In this document: positions 41,001 to 54,123 of the stretch, in pieces
Numbering within the stretch: position 1 is the stretch's first letter
How the letters are laid out: each line of letters begins with the position of its first letter
NCBI RefSeq assembly: GCF_006345805.1
Contig: NC_043016.1
Location: 19,468,001-19,532,000 of the forward strand
Length of the DNA: 64,000 nucleotides
Direction of reading: 5' to 3'
From: Octopus sinensis
Lineage: Eukaryota
Made by a program: the position numbers and the translations under genes
Notes under the pieces: generated by a model
Databases searched by the model: none
Told to the model about the DNA's origin: nothing
The model's input: only the letters and a program-made list of their open reading frames with translations

Positions 41001-41899
41001 ATTCAGCAGTTGCTATGGTAACTATTACAAAAATTTTATCTTTTATATTAATCACATTTTTAAAGTCTTTTTTTATTATTTTTTCTATCTTCTATATTAG
41101 TTTGCTTTTTTTTTTCCTAACATAAAAAAAAAAAACTATCTTAACAAACCATATCAACTCTCATTAAAGTTGAACCAAAACAGGTTTTTAAAAATGTTTT
41201 AAAATGTCCTGAAGAATTACTATATACCTGCAAAGGTGTTTTGAAATGGTTCATCTTTGACCAGGTATTGATATCCATTTTTGTCACACACGTCACAGCA
41301 GTGTGAGTTGTGACCACAGACATTGTTACCCAGAAAACTCATTAGTATTTTCTGATATTCCAAGGTCAATGTAAACAAACACCATGAGACTTTCTTTGCT
41401 GCTCTGAAAAAATTCAGAGGAATTTGCTGTTAATATTTTCAGGCAAAAAAATTTATTATTTTGTGTGTAGTGTCACATACATCCCATTTTTTGGATCTGC
41501 AGGGAAAGCGGACGTTAAACAATGATAAAAGACGAATTAATTCTCAAATGGTATGTAAAAAGATAGTTTCTGCACATGACGATGTCATAAGAGAGGTAAT
41601 CTGTTGGCTGTTATCAGATAAGTAGCTTAGTTTGTAGCCAAATTAATCCTTTAACTGTGAAATAAAATTTCATGGTTATTCCAGTAATGATGTTAAATAT
41701 CTACCAAAAAACTAGAATTGGTATTTTCTGCAAGTCATGCCTCAATAAACTTGGCAAACCTTAAAGAAAAAAAATAGTTTCAAACATGACATACTTCGAT
41801 TTCATTACTCTTAAAGCTTTTACCAGTTAAGGGTGGAGAACTTTTGAGTGGATATATCTGATTTCCACAGTCAAAGGGTTAATGTGTGTGTGTGTGTGT

Positions 41900-41937
<38 letters not shown>

Positions 41938-42732
41938 TTTTTGTGTACATGCTACTATTAAAACTATTATCAATAATAACGGGCATCAGCTAATATTCTG
42001 CTCAATACCACAAATTTGCTTGCCAGTTACTCAACCTTAACCAGTTGAGCATGTCCCTTAGTGGCTCACAATATGTGCATCTCTGATCATGAGCCGAAGT
42101 AGTTGGGGAGCATCATAGCTATGTGCTGAGAGGGATTCTTTGGAGTTTGAATAATTCACCCCTGGAAACATGGTTGTTTCTCACTCATCATCTTTAAACA
42201 AACCTTATTCAGGGTCCTTTTGAGCAGGCTGGACTACTTGACCCAAAGACTAACTAGGCCCCCACCTGCAAGCACTGTTTATTTTTAAATGAGGTCACCA
42301 TATCATGCACATATGGCTGTGATTTTTTTTGTCTGGTGTAGCTTTTTCTGTAGTCATGATGGGTATATTGGGCTTTGCATATTTGTACCCCAGTGCCACT
42401 CTGATGACATGCACTGCTTTCTCACTCAATAATAATATTTTTCTTTTCAGAATGCTGAATGGAAAAGTATGTTTGGTTCCAGTGATACAGAAAAATCATT
42501 GTCAAGTTCTCCAAAGTCTAAGGCAAACATCAAATGGGATAGTGGTTCAGAACGCAGAGCTTCTTTAACAAATCCTGGTATTGCCTCAAACGTTTTTTCA
42601 CAGACTTCAGCTGACGGAAACAGTCTGCGGGGGTCAATTCCTGAAAAACCATTTATTCAGAGTACGTATTGTTACTCGTTAATGTAATTGGATCATGCCT
42701 TCAACTTAGTTAATCTGCAATTTGAATTATTG

Positions 42733-42829
<97 letters not shown>

Positions 42830-44428
42830 CCCCCCCCCCAATACTAAGGAGTATAATGCAGAGTTCCATGCAGTTGAAATCTAGGAGATCCGATCAATAA
42901 GATTATTTTGTGAAGAGTATATAAGCCATAAAAAGGCAAGAGATATGAGAGGTGAATTTATTTAACCATGAAGAAGGCTGTGAAATGGCTGTAATCCTAA
43001 AGATGAGTGGTTAAATATATTCACCTTTCATACCTTCTAAAAAGCATTGGTGCTGGTGCTACATAAAAAGCACTCAGTACTCTCTGTAAAGTGGTTGGCA
43101 TTAGAAAGGGTATCCAGCTGTAGAGACCAAGCCAAAACAGGCAATGGAATCTGGTGTGTCTCTCAGCCTTGCCAGCTCCTGTCAAACCATCCAACTCATA
43201 CCAGCATGGATGTTAAATGATGACATATACATATACGGGTTGGACAAAATAACGGAAACACCTTAAAATTTCAAACAAATTTATTTTTAATATAGGGTAG
43301 GACCATGTTTGGCAGTAATTACAGCTTGAATTCTACAAGATATGGACTCATACCAAGTTTGAATTGTTTCCACAGGAACTTTTGTCCATTCTTCAGCTAA
43401 AACAGTCTCCAGTTCTTGTAGTGATGATGGTGGAGGATATCGACTCCTTACTTGTTTTTCTAAAATGCACCACAAATGTTCAATAATACTGAGATCTGAG
43501 GACTGTGGTGGCCAGATAAGATGTTCAACTTCACTAGAATGTTCCTTATGCCATTCAGTAAACAACTTTAGCTGTGTGAATTGGTGCATTATCATCCTGA
43601 AAGATTGCGTTTCCCTCCAGAGACAGTTCCGCAACCATAGGATGAATTTGATCAGATAAAACACTTAAATAGTCTTGACTATTAATTCTGCTATGAAGGG
43701 AAACCACTGGGCTGGCAGATTTCCAAGATATAGCCCCCACATCATGTTTAACAGTTGGAAAAAGGCAGTCTGGGTCAAATGCTTCTTTTGGCTATCTCCA
43801 CTCGTACACTCAACCAGTGGTCAGAAATAAGGTAAAGGATGACTTGTCCGAGAAAATAACATTCTTCCACTGCTCTAGGGACCAATTCTGTAGGTTTTTA
43901 CTCCATTCTAAATGCTTTGCAATATTTGTTTTTGAAAGTATTGGTTTTCTGATTGCAGCCCTCCCATGAAATCCAACTTCGTGCAGCTCCTGGCAAACAG
44001 ATTTTGTGGAAACTGGGTTCTTGAGATGTTCATTAAGCTCTGCAGTAATTTTGGGAGCTGTACTTTTGTGATCCTTTCTAACAATTCACATAAGAGCCCG
44101 ACAGTCCCTACCTGAAAGTTTTAGTTTTCTTCCAGAGTTTTGTTTTGACGAGGAGGTTTTCCCTCTTTCTCAAAGGCTGTCATTACTTTCGAGAGAGTAC
44201 TTCTTGATACACTTTAATGAATTCATTTTAATGAATTTTAATTACCTTTTTCTGATGATATCTGAAAAGAAACAGCAATTTTAGCAAAACATATTAAGCA
44301 AGACTAACAATAAATCACAAAACATAAAAATAAGCAAGCTTTTAACGGTTTTATAGATATTTCAAAATTATGATGCTAGGTGTTTCCATTATTTTGTCCA
44401 ACCCCTGTATGTATGTATATATATATAT

Positions 44429-44525
<97 letters not shown>

Positions 44526-46044
44526 TGATAATGATTATGATGATGTCTAAACATCAGTTATCTTATGACAGTGAAAATGCTGAACATTTATGATTAAAAG
44601 CTTTGACAAATATGAAAACAGAATAATTTTGAAAGTAAGGTTTTACATTTTATTGCTTTAACTTGTTTGAACAGTTTCTTTACATTTACCATTTACTTTT
44701 AGCACGTTACGCACCTTGCAAACAAGACTTAAGAAATTTGGTAAATCGCAGAAGAGAGCAATATGAAGCTGACATCCGGACTAAAGATATTTTGGAAGGT
44801 GTTGGGCTTGACCAGATTTTTCCTCCACAGAACTGGAAACCTAAAGGTCAACTTGTTGCTCACATGCAAGAACACAAATCAGTTGTTAATAGGTAAGTTT
44901 TAGAAATATCCAGGGAATGCTAGCTTTGTGATTTGATTCAAATGCTGCAAATAGAATAAGTTTTTTTGGGGTTTTTTTCAGTATTATATAATGGAAATTA
45001 GTAAGGTTCTAAGTCTGCAAATGGATTATATCTTCTTCTTGTTGTTTGTTCCTTCTCAAGCCATGCCTGGCTCATAAGGGCCGGTTTACCGGTTTCCTTG
45101 GCGTATAGGTTCCCCACCTGGATGGGACACCGGTCCGTCGCAGGTGAGCTGCAAGATGCAGGAGGAAAGAATGAGAGAAAGTTGTGGCAAAAGAGTCAGC
45201 AGAAGTTCACCATTACCTTCTGCCGGAGCCACGTGGAGCTTAGGTGTTTACGCTCATAAACACACACATCCCCCGGTCTGAGATACGAACCCGCGGTCCC
45301 TCAACTGCGAGTCCACTGCTCTAACCACTAGGCTATGTGCCTCCACAAATTGATTATATGTTTGTGCATGTGTGTATATACTCTTTTACTTGTTTCAGTC
45401 ATTTGACTGTGGCCATGCTGGAGCACCGCCTTTAGTCGAGCAAATCGACCCCAGGACTTATTCTTTGTAAGCCCAGTACTTATTCTATCGGTCTCTTTTG
45501 CCGAACCACTAAGTGACGGGGACGTAAACACACACCAGCATCGGTTGTCAAGCAATGCTAGGGGGACAAACACAGACACACAAACACACACACACATACA
45601 TATATACATATATACGACAGGCTTCTTTCAGTTTCCGTCTACCAAATCCACTCACAAGGCATTAGTCGGCCCGGGGCTATAGCAGAAGACACTTGCCCAA
45701 GATGCCACGCAGTGGGATTGATCCCAGAACCATGTGTTTGGTTAGCAAGCTACTTACCACACAGCCACTCCTGCGCCTATATGTGTACCTATTATCAGCA
45801 TCATTTTATATGTTTTCCATGAATGTGTCATCATGATTCAGGTCAGTTCTTAACCAGAATTCCTACCTTCCAAGACATGCCAGAGGACCAAGTGTTGCTT
45901 GAGCCATCTTGAAGGACAGTAAGTCTGAATAAGAACTGACGCAGACCTTGATGACAACAAATCCATGCCATCATGGAAAACTGGACACAGACATACATAT
46001 GTACGTACATAAATACATACATACATGTGCGTGTGTGTGTGTAT

Positions 46045-46097
<53 letters not shown>

Positions 46098-49000
46098 CAA
46101 AACCACTAGAAACTAGAAACCCTTAAACTGGTATTAACCAGAATTAGAATCCCAATGAAGAACAACCTTGCAATGTCAAATCTATGATATTATAACAACA
46201 AAACCACCACAAACCAAGAAACTAAGAACCTCTAAACAAGTTCAACCCTATGTGAACTAGATTTCAATGAAGGACAACGTAGAGCCACAGGAACACAAGA
46301 TACAGAAAGTTCAGTCACCAAGCATATCTAATGCATACATCCATCTTCAGTTAACTAATATATACTGTTTTTGTGGGTGTGTGACTTTAATGAAGTTAGA
46401 TTGTTGAGTTTGAAGAGTACAAAGGATCACAAGTGTGGACTGTAACAGTTCAGCTAAACATGTATAAATATATGTTTATCACAATTACTACACTATCGGA
46501 GTGGCTACACCCTCGGAGTTACTACACTCTCGGAATGGTTGGAATTAGGAAGGGCATCAAGCTGTAGAAACTCTGCCAAATCAAGATTGGAGCCTGGTGC
46601 AGCCATCTTGTTTGCCAGCCCTCAGTCAAAATCATCCAACCCATGCTAGCATGAAAAGCAGACGTTAAACAATGATGATGATGAATTAACTAGAATTGGG
46701 AAATATCCATTCGCTATGTTGCAACACCTATGGATTTTACATGTTCTTCAGACAGTAATTCAAGTAGAAATCAGTTACTGTTGATTAGGAACATATAAAA
46801 ATATGCTGTAGCATTAATCACTGACTGGTTGCTGAAATTTAATTCACCTTCATCAAGCTGGATTTTCAAGATAATGTTGGAGCCCCATCTTAACGAAACA
46901 AAATGAAACGTACTCTTTTACATGAAATGTTTGCTGCTGACCCTCTAATTCTTTGGAAGGCTACACAATGTAATAGGTACTTTGATGACTTCCATGGTAT
47001 TGGTAAATAAATGGAGATGTACTTGCATAGCAAGTGATCTGATCTGAGATCGTGTGCTGGAACGAAAACAATTGCAGCGTGGAAGGTGTTTATAAGCCAT
47101 TTAAGAAACGCACAAAAACCATTAGATTCACTTCAACATTTAAATTTAATTCGTCAAAATATTTTCGTCGCTTTGAGACCGTGACCTGTTCACTGACAAA
47201 ACTTTGTGCTGCATTTATATGTTGAAGTGAATCTAACGGTTTTTGTGTGTTTCTTAAATGGCTTATAAACACCTTCCATGCTGCAATTGGTAAATAAATG
47301 GCATTAGAGTAATGTTAATGATATGGTGTCAGAGTTATTTCAGCCACAACCGCCTTGTCTTTTTGTACATATTGTCCAACATAGATGCCTTTACTTAAGA
47401 TATAATTTAAGGACTGTCCAACTGTTTTAGACCAATCAATCATGTAGTCTCCTTCAGTATTTTATTACCGTTTTATCATTAAGTTACTCTTTTATTTTTA
47501 AGGATTGCTGTGTGTACAGACCATTCCATGTTTGCCACCTGTTCCAATGATGGAACTATGAAGTTATGGGACTGCGGCCAGTTGGAGGGAAAAAGCGTCG
47601 CTAACCGGTCAAAGTTTACTTATAACAAGCAAGGTAACAAACAGTTTCTTATCACTGGTGTATGGTGATTGTGGTAAAGTGTATGCTGCTGTGCTTCCAT
47701 TTACTACCATGATATAAATATAAACATAAACAAAGGCGGCGAGCTGGCAGAACTGTTAGCACGCCGGGTGAAATGTGTAGCCGTATTTCATCTGTCGTTA
47801 CGTTCTGAGTTCAAATTCCACCGAGTTCGACTTTGCCTTTCATCCTTTCAGGGTCAATAAATTAAGTACCAGTTATGCACTGGGGTCGATGTAATTGACT
47901 TAATCCATTTGTCTGTCCTTGTTTGTCCCCTCTGTGTTTAGCCCCTTGTGGGTAGTAAAGAAATAGGTATTTCGTCTGCCATTGCGTTCTGAATTCAAAT
48001 TCCACCGAGGTCGACTTTGCCTTTCATCCTTTCGGAGTCGATAAATTAAGTAGCAGTTACACACTGCGGTCGATGTAATCGACTTAATCCGTTTGTCTGT
48101 CCTTGTTTGTCCCCTCTATGTTTAGCCCCTTGTGGGCAATAAAGAAACAGACATAAATATAAACATACAAGCTTGAGCATATTTCTAGACTTAATCTTTG
48201 TTTTTGAATGTATATTATTAGGTTTCAAAACAAATTATGCCTTGATTATATCACAATGATACTGCAAGAACAGAACTTCTTATTAAGAAAATTTACCATC
48301 TTTAATGATTGGTGCAACATTCACCTAGCACACCCAGAAAGTGTGCCCATGTTGGTTGTTTTGTTTTTTTTTTGTTTTCACGTTCGTGAAGCAGATCTAA
48401 GAAAGATTTCTTTTGTTAATATTTTGGAACTACAAACAAAAAAATTTGGGGAAAAAATCCTTTAAAATTTCTTATTTCTTTCTTTTCCATCTTTGCTTTC
48501 ATTTTGGTGATCAATTTCTCTTCAGTAAGTCATTTTCGGTTGAGAATATTGATTATCTTTTCGATAGGCATATCAAAGCAGGAAGGATGACAGTAATATC
48601 TTAAGCACAAAACATTTGACCAATTTGAGTAATTTGATTTATTCTTTGTGATGGAAAGTATTAAATTTGTAGTATTCTCATTGGTGCTAAGCTTTCTCCT
48701 GAAGATATAAAGAAAAAAAATGCCTTCTGCTTTTGTTAGCTGGGAGTTGTTGTTTGGTCATATGTCTGCTATATTTGCAAATATATGTAATCAAAGCATT
48801 CCAGCTGTCTTTTTAGGGAGAATATAGAACTATATTTGTTTCTTTACTACCCACAAGGGGCTAAACACAGAGAGGACAAACAAGGACAGACAAACAGATT
48901 AAGTCGATTTCATCAACCCCAGTACGTAACTGGTACTTAATTTATCGACCCCGAAAGGATGAAAGGCAAAGTCGACCTCGACGGAATTTGAACTCAGAAC

Positions 49001-52000
49001 GTAACGGCAGACGAAATACGGCTACGCATTTCGCCCGGCGTGCTAACGTTTCTGCCAGCTCGCCACCTTAGAACTATATTACCTAATATTCCCTTCCCAT
49101 ATTAAGTTAGTAAGTTTGATTTGAGGGAGATTTTGGCTGCTTCTTTTAGCAGATTTAATGGTTATGTAACAATATTTTCTTTGTCTCATGGGACATTCAG
49201 TATATATGTGTGTGTGTGTGTATTAGTTCCTTTTTTCTGAACCAACAATGGTCACTTTCGTCAACACATTCTAAATTAAACAAACATTAGATTTACTTAA
49301 ATAATTAAATGAAATACAGGGTCCCTGTACCATTAATATGAATGAAACAAGTTTATTAATACTGTACTGTGTAAGGTGCAATAAACTAGTCTGGCATTCA
49401 TGGAATTTGAAGTTTTTATTCATAAATGAGTGTAGATTATAAGAGATTCCAGACCATCAGTGTCTGGAAAATTGTATTGCACCAGTATTATACCTTAGCT
49501 CTCATTATTTCCAATGGTACAGCTATTGATTAAAAAGTTTATTTCATATTGTGTCATTCTGGATTTGATCCCTCTACATGAGGGATCAGAATCGAAATCG
49601 ATCAATGGAAATTGCAGATGTGTTACCAGTGCCGGTGGCATGTAAGAGAACCATCCGTTCGTGACCGTTGCCAGCGCCGCCCTAACTGGCCTTGTGCCGG
49701 TGGCACGTAAAAAGCACCATCCATTCATGTCCGTTGCCAGCCTCGCCTGGCCCCCGTGCCGGTGGCACATAAAAAGCACCATAAGTTTGTGGCCATTTGC
49801 CAGCTCTGTCTGGCACCTGTGCGGGTGGCACGTAAAAAGCACCCACTACACTCACAGAGTGGTTGGCATTAGGAAGGGCATCCAGCCGTAGAAACACTGC
49901 CAGATCTGACTAGGCCTGATGAAGCCTTCCGGCTTCACAGACACCCCAGTTGAACCGTCCAACCCATGCTAGCATGGAAAACGGACGCTAAACGATGATG
50001 ATGATGATGACATGGCAATTAGGGCTAATGCCATCTACTATAGCATTGGGTTGACCAAAGCCTTGTGAATGAAACTTGGTAGGCAGGAACTGTGTGAAAG
50101 TCTGTCAGAGTAATTTTCTCTGTCCTTGACTAGCAAACCCAATCGGTCAGCTGGTTTAACACAAGCATCTGGCTTTTGGGTGCTTTTTAGTGAAGTCCAC
50201 TATGTGGCAAGTATTTGGGTCAGTCCTCTGGTCTGAGAATAAGCTCCTCCCTTCCTCATACCAGTCTCTGATGTCATGAGTGCTATCCTTTTCCTTCTAG
50301 CTAATTCATTAAAAAAGACTTTTAAAAAAATCTTCCTGTTATGAAGAAGGTTTGACTGTGATGGTATGATGACATATTAGAGTCAGTTTAATATGGATTG
50401 AAGAAGGGTTACTGATACAGTTGATTTTTCTATTATTGTTATTGTTATTCTGTAAAAAGTACAGAATAACAGGTATAGTATGTTTCATTTGAAAATAGCA
50501 ATGTGACCAGAAAGCTGGAGATCAAAAATATCCCTGGTTACTCTTTACTCTTTTACTTGTTTCAGTCATTTGACTGTGGCCATGCTGGAGCACCACCTTT
50601 AGTCGAGCAAATCGACCCCAGGACTTATTCTTTGTAAGCTCAGTACTTGTTCTATCTGTCTCTTTTGCCGAACCACTAAGTGACGGGCACGTAAACACAT
50701 CAGCGTCGGTTGTCAAGCAATGCTAGGGGGACAAACACAGACACACAAACATATACACACACATATATATATATATATACATATATACGACAGGCTTCTT
50801 TCAGTTTCCGTCTACCAAATCCACTCACAAGGCTTTGGTCAGCCCGGGGCTATAGCAGAAGACACTTGCCCAAGACACCACGCAGTGAGACTGAACCCGG
50901 AACCATGTGGTTGGTTAGCAAGCTACTTACCACACAGCCACTCCTCTGCCTATGGTTGTGTAACTCAGGCGATATATTCAAACACAGCCAGAATCATTTT
51001 TCATATAGAATAGTATGTGTTGTGTAAACACAACACATTATCATTTAAAACTCCATTATTTCAAGCTTGCACAGCTGCTAATAATGGCTTGATTCAATAT
51101 TGTATTACCTTCTCTGCCATGCTACATCTTCATATCTGACATCAGCACTTTCATTTCCACATATTTTAAAAAATATTCTTTGATCACAAATACCCTCCTT
51201 TGACAATGCAGGGTATTGTTTTTTTCACTCATGGCTCGCAGGACGGCCGGCTGCGCTAACCCTGGGTCGTAGAGTGACCCACTATTCTTGAAGAGACCTA
51301 TTGAGTCAAGTACACCAACATCAAAATAAAAATTCAAATGGAAATTGTAGTTAAGACACCCGTGCCAGTGGCACGTAAAAAGCACCGTCCGAACGTGGAA
51401 AATGCCAGTGCCATCTGGCTGGCATCCATGTCTGTGACACGTAAAAGCACCAACCAATCGTGGCCGTTTGCCAGCCAGCCTGCTCTGGCCCCTGTGCGGT
51501 GGCACGTAAAAAACACCCACTACACTCACGGAGTGGTTGGCATTAGGAAGGGAAGGGCATCCAGCTGTAGAAACACTGCCAAATCAGACTAGAGCCTGGT
51601 GCAGCGTCCATGGCTTCCAGACTCCGGTCGAACCGTCTGACCCATGCTAGCGTGGAAAACGGACGTTAAATGATGATGACGATGATTAAAAACATTGCCA
51701 TTTATTCCATCTGATAATCAAATTAACTAATTTCATTCTAATTTTGAAATCATATTTCAGGTGGCCACATTCAGCATATGGCTTTCTGTAAAGGTACAGA
51801 CATGTTGGCATCAGCATCTGACAATGGTTCAATTCAAGTTTTCAAGTAAGTTCACAATATTTTTTTCCCTTTCGTTTAGAATTTATATTACATGATTTGA
51901 TAATGATGTGACTACACCAATCCTTGGTCCTTAGTAATATATAACTGAAAGCTGTTGTCAGTTTCATCTCTTGTTCTGATACTGTTAAATCAAATTCTTC

Positions 52001-54074
52001 ACGGTCAGCCAGATATAGAATTATTCTTATTCAAGTTTTTTTTCAACTCTTTGCTTATGGCTTACACCATTCTCATAACCCACTCATATGCACCAAGTTT
52101 TCTTAATGACCATCACACTACTTGTCAAATACCTTCTCTAGGTCAATGAATGTTAGGTATAATGAGGTACAGTGACTTTTATCTAAGGACTTCTAAAAGT
52201 TGTCTTATGAGGAAGAGGGTATAGGCAGTACTAACTCCTGGCAATGAGTGTTCGGTATAACGACTTACTCTTGGCTAAGAACTTCTAAATTTATCTTATG
52301 AGGAAAAGGGTATTGGTGGTGCTTATTCCTGTCACAAACCCAAACTGAAACTCGTCTAAACTAATTTTCTTCTCAGTCAGTTGTGCTATAACTTTTTCTG
52401 TCATTTTCATTATCAGATTCTTCAATTTAATGCTTTTATAGCTGTTTCTTTCTATTATAAATAAATAATGATATGCTCTGTCTCACTCCATTATTGCCAT
52501 CTGCTAGCCCCTGACCTGGGTGTTCCAACCCCACACATAACAAGAAAACTTTTCCCTCACCCTACCCCCAACTAACCAATTTACATCTCTTTCTCACATT
52601 TCCTCCTTCACTCACTATGCCTAATTCTCACTCCCCAATCTTGTCCTCACACCCCCTGTTCCTTTGTATCAGTGCAACCAGTAGCCCCTCCAACTCTATA
52701 TATATATACCTAGGTCTTTTGTCACTTACTCGCACTCTTTAATCGCACTCCCTTTGCAATATCCTGTCACTTATATTATGGCATTTAAACCTCAAAGTAT
52801 GCCATGGCACTTGCCACTATCTATATCTCTCCCTTCCTTTACTCAACCATCTCATTTATACTCTGATCCCCATTCCTTGTGAGTGTGCCCAGTATTTGCC
52901 ACCATCTCCATCCTCGGTCTCCCACTCTCTCTCCTTCTCCTGCACTTCCCTCAGGTTGGACAACCATGTATTTTCTTTGTGATAACACACCTTTTTCTGT
53001 CTTCATTCCCGATCTTTCTTTCTCCGGCCAGGTAACCTTGTACTTCATCTTGAGCAAGACACCTATATCTGTCTCACTATAGCCTTTTCATTATCACTTC
53101 CTCCAATGCCTCCTCCCCTCTTAGAAGATTTTGTCTTGCAAGTACTTGGTAACCCTGTCAGTGCAGGTGCCACTCAAAGGTCCCCAGTCCACACTGTAAA
53201 GTGGTTGGTGTTCAGAAGGGCATCCAGCTGTAAAAACGTTGCCAAAACAGTCACAGGCTTCAACCTGGCCAGCTCTTGTGGCACTGTCCCATCCTAGCAT
53301 GGAACGCTGACGTTAAATGATGATGGTGGTAGTATTGGTGGTGGTGGTGGCAGCAGCCACTCATTCATCATTACATCACAGTATGTTACCTGACTGATTA
53401 TGCAAATGACCTACACTTGTCCTGCTTCACAGGCATTTTCAGCGGCCTCAGCGACACTCCTGGATGGTCTGGTTGCTTTTCCCTAACTTCATATCCTTAA
53501 CTCTTTACCATTTACAATGGCCATATCCTGTCCAAATATTCTATTTGTTTTCATATTCAAACTGGCCTGCATCAGACTCCCTCATTCTTTAAATGTCACA
53601 TATCAAAGGAGGTTTCAGATAACGACAGTGTAGAAAAGTCAATGGTGGTGCCCCAGCATAACTGTGGCTTTTGGGACGAAACTGAGTTACGCACACGCGC
53701 GCGCGTGCACACACACACACACACAAACTATTAAATATCCTGTTTTATTTCATTATTTAGGTTAGAATCAGGAAAAGTGAGTGCAGCTGTAACTCACAAC
53801 GTTGATGTTTCCAAATATGGTCATGTTGTTGATATGAATTTTTTTGATTCTGGTAAGTATTTTATTTAGTTTCCAATATAGTGATTGATATATTACTTAA
53901 GTGATTTCACGCGTTCTTCAATGCTTTACTGAGACTTCGTCCTAGCATTGTTATTGTTGTTATGTCTTAGATAATACCACCACTGTTAGTACTGGTAATA
54001 TCCTGTAAAATAACATTAAGTTTTCTAGAATCATCGACCAAATATATTTTGATGAACTTATTCAAATTCTGATA

Positions 54075-54123
<49 letters not shown>

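Noticed and set aside
43287-43740. Active transposase gene
   Set aside because: Multiple frameshifts and deletions; a decayed Tc1 copy.
51232-51300. GC-rich 5' extension of family A as an HDV-like ribozyme
   Set aside because: Could not assign the nested double pseudoknot; it may be the end of an RTE ORF instead.
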